From the NCBI GenBank assembly GCA_016715995.1, contig JADJXF010000018.1, positions 3,850 through 67,849 on the forward strand: a DNA stretch of 64,000 bases, in the 5' to 3' direction. Position 1 is the stretch's first letter, and the number at the start of each line of letters is the position of its first letter. A model generated the notes under the pieces. It was given only the letters and a program-made list of their open reading frames with translations. It had not been told where the DNA came from and searched no databases. The DNA is from Flavobacteriales bacterium. GTDB taxonomy: Bacteria > Bacteroidota > Bacteroidia > Flavobacteriales_F > PHOS-HE28. The position numbers and the translations under genes were made by a program. Of the stretch, positions 1 to 8,900 are shown in pieces.

Positions 1-174
1 GTCGATGAAGAGCCAATGGTCGGTCTGCGCGTCATAGCCGATGAAAGACCCGCTGAGGTTCTGGTCGGCGTAGAGGTGCACGAGGTCGTCGCGCAGGGAG
101 TGGTTCGGTGCGGGAACGGGTGCTGGGCCGGTACAGGCCGTGAGGGCGATGAGTAAAGGTGCGATGTGACGCAT
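1..174 (-). CDS. N-terminus of a lipoprotein resembling class D beta-lactamase / penicillin-binding transpeptidase (partial, runs off window)
   Basis: Not in the ORF track. Manual translation from ATG 174 gives MRHIAPLLIALTACTGPAPVPAPNHSLRDDLVHLYADQNLSGSFIGYDAQTDHWLFID, with a lipobox LTAC. The segment resembles the N-terminus of Bacteroidota OXA-like proteins as I recall them. The catalytic SxxK motif would lie outside the window. Confidence 0.45.
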   Translation of the reverse strand, partial: MRHIAPLLIALTACTGPAPVPAPNHSLRDDLVHLYADQNLSGSFIGYDAQTDHWLFID

Positions 175-1483
175 GTGCTGAACGTAGTCGATTGGAGCGC
201 GAAATAAGCTGACCCGGCCTCCTCTCATCCGGCGACTTCAATGATTCGGCCATCGCCAGCTGACCGGCTCCTTTCCCCGCGAGCCAACCCGTGCTCCACG
301 CCGCCTGGAAATTGAATCCGCCGGTGATGCCATCGATGTCGAGCACCTCACCGGCGAAGTGCAGCCCGGGCGCCACGTGGCTCTCCATGGTGAGCGGATA
401 GATCTGCTGCAGGGCGATGCCGCCCGCAGTGACGAACTCCTCCTTAAAGGTGGTCTTGCCGCGCGCATCGTAACGGTCGTTGGTGAGCACATCGAGCAGG
501 CGGTCCGTCCACTTCTTTCCCAATCCGCCCAAGGGCTTGGCGGCTGGCAGTCCAGCGCGCGCGATGAGGTAGGCCCAGAGCCGCGCCGGAAGACCGAAGC
601 CCTCCGCATTGGCCACTTGCCGGTTCGGGTGCGCCGAAGCCTCACTGCTGAGCCGCTCGCGCGCCTGCACCTCTCCCATCGCTCCCAGCCAATCGATGAG
701 CACGGTGTACTCGTACTTCATGTCGTGCAGCACCCGCGCGCCGAATGCGCTGAGGCGCAATACGGCTGGACCGCTGAGGCCCCAGTGCGTGATGAGCAAG
801 GGGCCGGTGCTCTCCAACTTGGTCCCCGCGATGCGCAGACGCACGTTCGGCGCCACCACGCCCATGAGCTCGCGGATGGGATCGTCAGGCAGGTTGAAGG
901 TGAACAAGGACGGAACGGCAGCCACCACCTCGTGACCGAGCTCAGCGAGCCAGGCGAGGCCTTCGTCCTTGGGTGAACCGCCGGTGGCCACGACCACGCG
1001 GTCCGCTTCGAGCGCGCCCTCCGGCGTCGTCAGCACCCAACGGTCATCCGCGCGCAGCAAACGGGTGACGGGACAATGGAGCTTCGTGACCACACCTGCG
1101 CGGCGGGCGGCGGAAACGAGCGCATCGATCACCGTGGCGGAATCATCAGTGACGGGGAACATGCGGCCGTCCTTCTCCACCTTCAGCGGAACGCCCTGCG
1201 CAGCGAACCAATCCACGGCCTGCGGCTGGCCCCAGGCTGCGAAGACCTTGCGCAAGAAGACCTCGCCACGCGGGAAGTGGCGCGCGAGTTTGCGTGGCTC
1301 GGCGCAGTGGTGCGTGACGTTGCAACGACCGCCGCCGCTGATGCGCACCTTGGCCAACCACTTGTCGCTCTTCTCCAACAGGAGCACCTCGGCACCAGGC
1401 TGATGGGCCTTGGCGCTGATGGCGGCCATGAAGCCCGCCGCTCCGCCACCGATGACCACGATGCGCGAAGAAGCGGACGGCAT
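32..1483 (-). CDS. NAD(P)/FAD-dependent oxidoreductase, HI0933/YhiN (BaiN) family
   Basis: Motifs VIGGGAAG, KVRISGGGRCNVTH, FVTAGG and GEVLDIDGITGGFNFQAAWSTG. The last ~70 aa are probably read-through over the next gene; the true stop may be the TGA at 238-240. Confidence 0.9.
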   Translation of the reverse strand: MPSASSRIVVIGGGAAGFMAAISAKAHQPGAEVLLLEKSDKWLAKVRISGGGRCNVTHHCAEPRKLARHFPRGEVFLRKVFAAWGQPQAVDWFAAQGVPLKVEKDGRMFPVTDDSATVIDALVSAARRAGVVTKLHCPVTRLLRADDRWVLTTPEGALEADRVVVATGGSPKDEGLAWLAELGHEVVAAVPSLFTFNLPDDPIRELMGVVAPNVRLRIAGTKLESTGPLLITHWGLSGPAVLRLSAFGARVLHDMKYEYTVLIDWLGAMGEVQARERLSSEASAHPNRQVANAEGFGLPARLWAYLIARAGLPAAKPLGGLGKKWTDRLLDVLTNDRYDARGKTTFKEEFVTAGGIALQQIYPLTMESHVAPGLHFAGEVLDIDGITGGFNFQAAWSTGWLAGKGAGQLAMAESLKSPDERRPGQLISRSNRLRSAHASHRTFTHRPHGLYRPSTRSRTEPLPARRPRAPLRRPEPQRVFHRL

Positions 1484-1496
1484 CGATGGCCGTGCT

Positions 1497-2390
1497 CTAT
1501 TGATCCGAGCCTGCCCGCTTCAGCCCGTCCTCGATCATGCCGTAGAACTGATCGAGCTTCGGCAGGATGACGATGCGGATGCGCCGGTTGGTGCTGCGGC
1601 CCTCGGGCGTGTCGTTGGTCACCAGCGGCACGTACTCGCTGCGGCCGCCGGCCGTGATGCGCGCGGGGTTCACCTTGTAGTCCGTCTGCAGCACGCGCGC
1701 GATGGTGGTGGCGCGCGATGCGCTGAGGTCCCAGTTGTCCTTGAAGCAATCGCGCTTGATGGGCACATTGTCGGTATGGCCCTCGACAAGGAGTTCCATA
1801 TCGGGCTTGTCGTTGACCACGGTGGCCACCTTGGCGAGCACCTCCTTGGCACGCGGCGAGAGCTGTGTGCTGCCGCTGTTGAAGAGCATCTTGTCGCTGA
1901 GCGAGATGAAGACCACGCTCTTCTCCACGTTCACCACCACATCGGTGTCGTTGAGGTTGCCGAGCGAGCTCTTCAGGCTGACGACGAGGGCCAGGGTGAT
2001 GGAATCCTTCTTCGTAAGGGCATCGTGCAGATTGCGGATGCGCAGGTCCTGCTCCCGGATCTGCTCCAGCGAGCGCTCGAGATTGGCGGCCTCCTGCTTC
2101 GTGAGGGTGGCCATCTGGCCCACGCTGTTGAGCAGGTTGGCATTGGTGCTTCCCAACTCGGCCACTTGGTCCTTGAGGTGCTGGTTGCTGTTCTCAAGAC
2201 CGGCGACGCGGGCATCCAGCACGGCCTTCTCGCCCCGGCAGGCATCGAGCGAGCGGTTGCACTCATCGAGCTTGTTGTTGAGCGTTTCGTTGGAGGCCTG
2301 GATGGCGGCGTACTTCTTCTTGGAAACGCAGGAGCCAGCGACAAGCAGGATCACGAAGGAGAGAAGGGCGAAGCGTGCAAGGGTTTTCAT
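1497..2390 (-). CDS. OmpA/MotB-family peptidoglycan-binding lipoprotein with coiled coil
   Basis: Start MKTLARF, lipobox LVAGSC, a coiled coil, then VEGHTDNVPI, NWDLSASRA, GRSEYVP and NRRIRIVI. Confidence 0.85.
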   Translation of the reverse strand: MKTLARFALLSFVILLVAGSCVSKKKYAAIQASNETLNNKLDECNRSLDACRGEKAVLDARVAGLENSNQHLKDQVAELGSTNANLLNSVGQMATLTKQEAANLERSLEQIREQDLRIRNLHDALTKKDSITLALVVSLKSSLGNLNDTDVVVNVEKSVVFISLSDKMLFNSGSTQLSPRAKEVLAKVATVVNDKPDMELLVEGHTDNVPIKRDCFKDNWDLSASRATTIARVLQTDYKVNPARITAGGRSEYVPLVTNDTPEGRSTNRRIRIVILPKLDQFYGMIEDGLKRAGSDQ

Positions 2391-2412
2391 AGGCATGGAC
2401 ATTGGTGTGTTG

Positions 2413-2420
2413 CGAAAGTA
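2413..2420 (-). promoter_or_regulatory. Bacteroidota -7 promoter-like element (TACTTTCG)
   Basis: One mismatch to TAnnTTTG, 22 nt upstream of the ATG at 2390. The identical octamer precedes three other minus-strand starts. Confidence 0.45.
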
Positions 2421-2553
2421 GCCGCTCAGGGAACGCCGAAGGGGCGCAGGCGATCCGATGATATGGAGCAATTCGCCCTGCACGAAGTACAGCCACGTGC
2501 GGCTACATTGGCCGCGCATCCCATCCGAGAAACAGATTCCCCGCAGCATTACC

Positions 2554-2943
2554 ATGGCCTCACCCGAGAACCACAAGGACATTCCCATGGCCCGCATCAC
2601 GCTCAACGGCGAGGGACTCGTGGTGGTGAGCATCCGACCGGATGTGCGGATCGACGTCACCGGCCTGTCGGGCGCCATGCATGCGCGGCGCGAACTGATC
2701 GGCGACGGCCGGGGTGCCCTGATGTTCCACGCGCTGGGCGACCTGGACTGGGAGCCCGCTGCGCTGCAGACCGATTTCTTCGGGCAGTACCAGGAGAGCA
2801 TTACGGCGCTGGCCGTGGTGGTGGACAGCCGCGTGCTCACGCTCGTGGCCAACATGTACTTCGGCCTTTTCCCTGCGCGCTTCCCCACCAAGGTGTTCAA
2901 CGACGAGTCGGAGGCGAGGGCATGGCTCGCAGCGAATGGGTAG
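2554..2943 (+). CDS. Small hypothetical protein, STAS/SpoIIAA-like
   Basis: ITALAVVVDSRVLTLVANMYF...FPTKVFNDESEARAWL resembles the SpoIIAA-like C-terminal pattern. Confidence 0.5.
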   Translation: MASPENHKDIPMARITLNGEGLVVVSIRPDVRIDVTGLSGAMHARRELIGDGRGALMFHALGDLDWEPAALQTDFFGQYQESITALAVVVDSRVLTLVANMYFGLFPARFPTKVFNDESEARAWLAANG

Positions 2944-2950
2944 CAGCCCC

Positions 2951-3516
2951 ATGGAACTGGTCTGCCACACCATCGAGCGTTATGTGGCGCTGACCGATGA
3001 CGAATGGGCGCGCATCGCTCCGTGCTGGCGCGAATACGCCTACAGCAAAGGCGCGGCGGTGTGCGCCGTAGGCCAGGTGGAGCAGCGCTTCTACATCGTG
3101 CGCAGCGGTGTGCAGCGGTTGTCCTTCCCGCACGACGGTCAGGATGTGTGCGTGGGCTTCGGCTACGATGGCAGCTGGAGCGGCGAGTACGCCTCCTTCA
3201 TCAGCCGGAAGCCCGCGCGCTTCGATGTGGTGGCCATGACCGACAGCGTACTGCTGGGCATCACCTACGATGAACTGCAACAGCTCTACAAGGAAGTGCC
3301 CGTGATGGAGCGATTCGGCCGGATGATCGTGGAGGAGCTGCTGCTTGGCCGAGCAACGCGGGAGATCGAGCAGATGAGCATGAGCGCCGAGGAACGCTAC
3401 GACCGCCTCGTGGCGCGCAGTCCGCACCTGCTGCAGCTGGTGCCGCAGAAAGACATCGCGAGCTACCTGCGGATGACCCCGAGACCTTCAGCCGGTTGCG
3501 GCGCAGGCGTTCTTGA
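2951..3516 (+). CDS. Crp/Fnr family transcriptional regulator (1-nt frameshift near 3478)
   Basis: cNMP-binding domain followed by SAEERYDRL...VPQKDIASYLRMTP. Adding one C to the CCCC run restores the canonical MTPETFSRLRRRRS* ending at 3516. Confidence 0.85.
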
Positions 3517-3526
3517 TCCAGGTCAA
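3513..3526. promoter_or_regulatory. FNR-type operator TTGAT-CCAG-GTCAA
   Basis: 9/10 match to TTGAT-N4-ATCAA. It overlaps the corrected Crp/Fnr stop and lies 35 nt upstream of the DinB ATG. Confidence 0.55.
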
Positions 3527-3561
3527 GCGGCTGCATGTGCTCCTGCGCGTTGTTTTGCGCC

Positions 3562-4119
3562 ATGGATGCGAACGCGATGATTGATGCGCTCTTGGAGGTG
3601 TTGCGCGGGCAGATCGCGCGAGCACGGGAGATCCAACGGCTTCCGGCGGAGCTGTTGCTGAAGCGGCCCGCGCAGGGGAAGTGGAACGCACTGGAGGTCT
3701 TCGAGCACATGAACCTGAGCAGCGGCGTGTATGCGCGCGGCATCGCGAAGGTCTTCGGCGGGCAAGCGGCACGACATCCAGCGAATCCGGTCTTCAAGGC
3801 GGGCTTCTTGGGCGACTTCAGTACAAAGGCGATGCTGCCGAAGCCCGATGGCCGGATCGCGTGGCGGATGAAGACGCTGCGCATGTTCGACCCGCCACGG
3901 CAGCACGGGGCATCCTCGGAGAGCATCGCACGCTTCATCGCCTTGTGCGAATGCTTCCTGCGGCTGCTTGAACAGGCGCGCGGCACCGATCTGAACCGGA
4001 TGAAGGTGGTGAGCAGCCTCGGACCCATCCTGTGCTTCAAGGCAGGCGATGCCTTCCGCTTCCCCATCGCGCATCAGCAGCGGCACTTCCTCCAGATCGA
4101 GCGGTTGCTTGCTCAATGA
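3562..4119 (+). CDS. DinB family protein
   Basis: KWNALEVFEHMN N-terminal His motif and C-terminal FPIAHQQRHFLQ (H-x3-H). Confidence 0.8.
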   Translation: MDANAMIDALLEVLRGQIARAREIQRLPAELLLKRPAQGKWNALEVFEHMNLSSGVYARGIAKVFGGQAARHPANPVFKAGFLGDFSTKAMLPKPDGRIAWRMKTLRMFDPPRQHGASSESIARFIALCECFLRLLEQARGTDLNRMKVVSSLGPILCFKAGDAFRFPIAHQQRHFLQIERLLAQ

Positions 4120-4310
4120 GAATGCAACAACCGGAAATGGACGTGAATGAACGGGAATACCGGCCGGGAGCAACAAACTCAATTGGCGTTCATCCACGCT
4201 CCTTCACGGTTGGTCTCCTCCTTCCCCCTAAGAATGCAACCGGCAATGAACGGGAATGCTGAACGTAAGCAACGAAGTCAATTGGTGTTCATCCACGTTC
4301 ATTCACGGTT
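4119..4310. repeat. Two tandem REP-like imperfect palindromes (units 4119-4211 and 4231-4310)
   Basis: Both units start AGAATGCAAC...AATGAACGGGAAT and end CAATTGG(C/T)GTTCATCCACG..C.TTCACGGTT. In unit 1 the arms are about 25-bp inverted repeats. Confidence 0.75.
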
Positions 4311-4327
4311 CTCTATCGGCACCGGTG

Positions 4328-4365
4328 AAAAGGCGGCGCGGGACCCCTTTCGGGACCCCGCGCCG
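4328..4365 (-). terminator. Probable intrinsic terminator of the PhoH gene
   Basis: CGGCGCGGG (4334-4342) pairs with CCCGCGCCG (4357-4365). On the minus strand the hairpin is followed by CCTTTT. Confidence 0.5.
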
Positions 4366-4377
4366 GAATGATCGCGT

Positions 4378-5712
4378 TCAGAGCAGTTCGTTCGCCAGGT
4401 TGGCCAGCGGGCTGCGCTCGCCTTTCTCAAGGGTGATGTGCGCGAAGAGCGGATCGCCCTTGGCCTTGTCGATGAGGTAGCTGAGGCCGTTGCTCTCGCT
4501 GTCGAGGAAGGGCGAGTCGATCTGGTGGATATCGCCGGTGAAGACAATCTTGGTGCCTTCGCCCGCGCGGCTGATCACGGTCTTCACCTCCAGCGGCGTG
4601 AGGTTCTGCGCCTCGTCCACGATGAAGAAGATGTTGCTCAGGCTGCGGCCGCGGATGTAGGCCAGCGGCGCGATGGAGATCTTGTCGTTCTCCAGCATTT
4701 CGTCGATGCGCTTCGGCGTGCTGTCGTGCTTCTCGAACTGGCCCTTGATCAGCTTCAGGTTGTCCCACAGCGGCTGCATGTAGGGGTCCAGCTTGCTCTG
4801 GATGTCGCCGGGCAGGTAGCCGATGTCCTTGTTGCTCAAGGGCACCACGGGGCGGGTGACGTAGATCTGCCGGTACTCGCGGCGCTGCTCCAGCGCGCAG
4901 GCCAGGGCCAGCAGCGTCTTGCCGGTGCCTGCGGCGCCTTGCAAGGTGACGAGCTTGATCTCCGGATCGAGGAGCGCGCTCATGGCCAAAGCCTGCTCCG
5001 CGTTCTTCGGGCCGATGCCGAAGACGCTGCGCTTCTCCACGCGGTCCACGCTGCCGCTGCGCGGATCGAACTTGGCCAGGATGCTCTTCTTCTTGTGCTT
5101 CAGGATGAAGAAGTGGTTGCCCTTGGGCTGCTCGATCCCCAGCTCATGCACCGGCACCGAACCCTGCTCGAAGAGCGAATCGATGCGCTCCTCGGAGAAG
5201 TCCTCCATCATGGTGCGGCCCGTGTAAAGCTGGTCCTTGGCGTTGCGCACCTTGCCGGTGAGGTAGTCCTCGGCCTGCAGGTTCAGGCTCTTGGCCTTCA
5301 GGCGCAGCGCCACGTCCTTGGTCACCAGCACCACCTTGCGGTCCTTGTTCTGCCGCTGCAAGGTGAGGGTGGCATTGAGGATCTGGTGGTCGTTCTTGCC
5401 GTCCTGGAACACCTTGGTGGCATCCACCCCATTGAGGTCGTGCTTGGCCACCACCTTCAGCTTGCCGTGGGTGGAGCCGTTGAGCGGAATCCAGTCCGTG
5501 AGGACGTCGCGCTTCGCTATGTCGTCGAGGTAGCGGATGAACTCGCGCGCCTCGTAGTTGATCGTATCGTTTCCCTTTTTGAAGGTGTCTAGTTCTTCGA
5601 GTACTTGAATCGGTATGGCCACATCGTGCTCCTCGAAGCTGGTGATGGCCGAATGGTCGTACAGGATCACGGAGGTATCCAATACGAAGATCTTCCGGTC
5701 TTTCTTCTTCAT
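4378..5712 (-). CDS. PIN + PhoH family protein (PhoH2/YlaK type)
   Basis: PIN start FVLDTSVILYD, Walker A GAAGTGKT, RGRSL and DEAQN. Start taken as MKKKDRK. Confidence 0.9.
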   Translation of the reverse strand: MKKKDRKIFVLDTSVILYDHSAITSFEEHDVAIPIQVLEELDTFKKGNDTINYEAREFIRYLDDIAKRDVLTDWIPLNGSTHGKLKVVAKHDLNGVDATKVFQDGKNDHQILNATLTLQRQNKDRKVVLVTKDVALRLKAKSLNLQAEDYLTGKVRNAKDQLYTGRTMMEDFSEERIDSLFEQGSVPVHELGIEQPKGNHFFILKHKKKSILAKFDPRSGSVDRVEKRSVFGIGPKNAEQALAMSALLDPEIKLVTLQGAAGTGKTLLALACALEQRREYRQIYVTRPVVPLSNKDIGYLPGDIQSKLDPYMQPLWDNLKLIKGQFEKHDSTPKRIDEMLENDKISIAPLAYIRGRSLSNIFFIVDEAQNLTPLEVKTVISRAGEGTKIVFTGDIHQIDSPFLDSESNGLSYLIDKAKGDPLFAHITLEKGERSPLANLANELL

Positions 5713-5963
5713 TCGCTCAATGAACGGTTGCTTCAAAAGTATCCGGGCACGCTCCGGAACAGGAGAAGCCGGAGGAGGCACTTATCCACACAACGGTGTT
5801 GCCGAGGCGCTACTCCAACACTACTCGCTCATGCCCCTCCCTTTGCGGGTCCGTAAGTCGGGACACGGACCGCATATCAGCGGTAGCAGGCACTTTGGGA
5901 TGTAACCACGAATCGCATATGCGCGGCAACGAGTAGTGCCGAAGCGGGACAGTCCCACCACCC

Positions 5964-8900
5964 TCACAACCCGAACCGATCCCGGAAATCGTCCACCTTC
6001 TTCTTGTTGGTGAGGATGTATTGGTAGTCGGCCTCGTCCTTGCCGGCGCTGAGCTTGCGCTTGTCGTCCTTCACCTCGCTGAGCATGGTGTTGAACTGCT
6101 GGTCGCTGCTATACGCGTAGAGGAAATCGCGGCTGTACTGGAAGAAGTACCAGGATTGGTCGTCGAGTTGGAGGAAGAGCGTCATGATGTCGCCGCTGCG
6201 CTTGCGCTCGATGTGGACCTTGCCCTTCACCATGCGGTACACGGGCTTCTTCAGGATGGTGGCGATGCCGATGGGCCCGTCGCTCACCCAGCTCTGCTCG
6301 GGACCGTCCCAGCGCATCTTTACGTCGCCGAGCACGATGGGTTTGATCAGCTCATCGGGCAGCTTCTTGATCTCCCCTTTGATGCTCAACTCGCTGATGA
6401 GCTTGTCGCTCCTCTCCAAGCCGAGGGCTTCGCGCATGAACTTCTCGTAGAAGGTCTTGCCGATGTCCAGCGCTTGCTGGTCCGGATAGGCCAGGATCTC
6501 GGTGGCCATGCGCTCCAGGGCGTTGTCGAGGAAGTGGAAGTCGGCCACGAGCACGCCGTTGCCGAAGGTCTTCTTCTCGGCGGTCTCGTAGCGCATGGCG
6601 CCCACTTGGCTGATCCTCACCCGGCCCAGGTCCACGCCGAAGGCGATGGGGCCGTCGGCCATCACCACGCAGGGCTCCACGGCCAGGCTCACCAGCGCGC
6701 CCGGCAGGTTGCGCTGGCGGATCTTGTCCTTGTTGGAGATCACGTACTCCTTGCGTCCCTTGTCATAGAACAGGAGCCCGCGCGCGGTGATGATGTTCCG
6801 GTCGTCCGCGCTGCGCGTGCGGCTGAGGAAGGTGCCGTAGGTGCCGAAGGGGTCCTCGTCGGTGAGGTGAATGCCGGCCCCGATGCGCGCGCCCTGCTCG
6901 TCGAAGAGGGTATCGCCCACGGGGATGAAGACCTCCAGCGGGTCGATCGGCGATTCGAAGCGCATCCAGTTGCGCGCGAGCCCCTCGCAGCCGTGCTGGA
7001 TCCGTGTGCTGCCGGTGAAGGTGAGTTCCTTGATGCTGGCGGTGAGGTGCACGTCGCCGAAGAAGTCGAAGGCGGGGCTCAGCTGGAAGTCCTGTTCCGG
7101 CGCGATGCGGCCCACGGCGCGCGTCTGGTAGGCGGTGTCCACCCCGATGCTGAAGAGGCTGATGGGCAGCTTGCGGTTGTTCTCGTCCGTGTAGTCGATG
7201 GTGCCCGTGGCGGTGTAGTTGCGCTTGGCCTTGATGTTCGTGGTGGCGTTGTAGATGCGGTGGAACTTGGTGACGAAGTTGGCCGTGATGACCGTGCGCT
7301 CCAGCGGGTCCATCACCGCGTTCTTGCGGATGCGCAAGCGCATGCTGTCGGGAGTGATGAGCGCGTCGGCCACCTGGATGTACTGCACCTCGTCGGCGGT
7401 GATCAAGTGCTTCTTCAGGTCGTAGCGCGCTTTGGGCGCCATGAAGTGCAGGCTGTCCTGGTCGGGCCGGATGCTGATGAAGTTGGAGCCGCTGAGCTGC
7501 AGGTCATCCGCTCCTTCCGCCGCCTTGCGGTCGCTCTCGAGGGCGATGTCACCCTGATCCATGTACCACTTGAAGCGGTCCATGTAGCAGATGTACTGGT
7601 TCACGGGGAACTCCACCTTGGTCTCGCTGCCGTTGCTCACGAACTCGCCCACACGCTCGTCGAGCTTCACGGTGGCGTTCACGTTGTCGGTCTTGAAGGC
7701 GATGCTGGCGGTGTCACCCTCGGTGAGGCGGAAGTCGCTGGTGTCGGCGTGCAGCTGCATCGTCTCGAACTGGAAAAGCTTCGACTTCAGGGTGGCGTTG
7801 CGGAAGTCGATGAGGCCTGCGCCGGTCATGCCCGTGGGCGTGAGGTCCGTGCGGCCGTGCAGCAGCGCCTGGTCGTCGTACATCACCAGCGGCTTGCGCA
7901 GCTGCTCGGTGCGCAGCACGTCCTTGGCGGGTTCCATGCGCACGAAGACGTCGCCAGCGGTGATGTGCGGCACCTTGCTCGGTTTGGTGCTGGCCAGGTT
8001 CTCCAGCGTATCGGCACGGCCCAATGTGCTGTCTGGCGTGAAGATGAGCTGCTTGCTGCTGAGGCGCGTGGTGAGGTACTCGAGGTCGCCGTTGCCCTGC
8101 AGCCCGCGGCTGTTGAGCGCGATGGTGCTGGTGAACTTCGCCTTGCGCCCATAGAGGGGCATGCCGCCATCGCCGGTGGGGCGCACGAAGCCGAGCGCGT
8201 AATCGGGCTGCAATCCGAGCGGCTCCTTGATGTCCGGGAAGATCCCCGCGCTCACGAGCGTGCCAGTGAAGGTGAGGCCGGCGTTGCTGAAGTTGTCCAG
8301 CGAATCGATCTGGAAGGGATCGCTGCGGTAGTAGAATCGGTCGCGTCCGTAGGCCCCGCGCTGGATGCCCTTCTTGTCGTAATACACGTAGCTCTCGCGC
8401 GTGCTGTTGAAGATGGGGTATTGCGGGTACTCCTTCTGCTGGCGTCCGCTCTTGTTGCTGGGCGCGTCGATCACCAGGTTGCCGCTCACCTGCTCCAGCA
8501 CGTTCTTCACGCGCACCAGCGTGTGCTGGCCCTGGTCGTTGGGCTCGAAGCTGGTGGCCATGAAGCTCACGCTGTCCACGTTGATGAGGTCGATGGTGAA
8601 GGGCTCGTAGTGGAAGTAGTACTCCTTGCCGTAGTACTGCAGGCGCCCGGCCTTGATGCTGCCGGCGAAGGTGAAGTCGCGGTTCTTCTTGATGGTGATG
8701 GTCTTCTCGGCCGGGTAGATGCGCACGTCCTGCGAATCGCTCATCAGGATGGTGGCCACGCCGCGCATGGTGAGGTCGTTGTTCAGCAGGTTCAGCGTGG
8801 CGTTCACGTTGTCGTCGACCGTGCTGTTGAACTGGATGGCGTCGTAGTCCTGCTTGCCCGCGTTGTTGAGGATGTGCTGCCGGAGCCGCGGGGCCACCTC

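Noticed and set aside
1497-2390. Flagellar stator MotB
   Set aside because: It is a lipoprotein with no MotA partner or flagellar genes nearby. The shared OmpA-like domain explains the resemblance.
2458-2471. Second FNR box ATGAT-ATGG-AGCAA
   Set aside because: It has two mismatches to the consensus, which is too weak to call without conservation data.
3470-3490. Programmed ribosomal frameshifting in the Crp, MscS or TPS-TPP genes
   Set aside because: No slippery heptamers or stimulatory structures were seen. Homopolymer-type indels and compensating multiple indels fit sequencing error better.
5795-5945. Assignment to SRP RNA, THF, SAM-I or c-di-GMP riboswitch
   Set aside because: Only short partial motifs (GGTAGCAG, GGGATGT..ACGAA, CGGCAAC..GTGCC) were found, mostly on the strand opposite the downstream gene. 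The required cores are missing.
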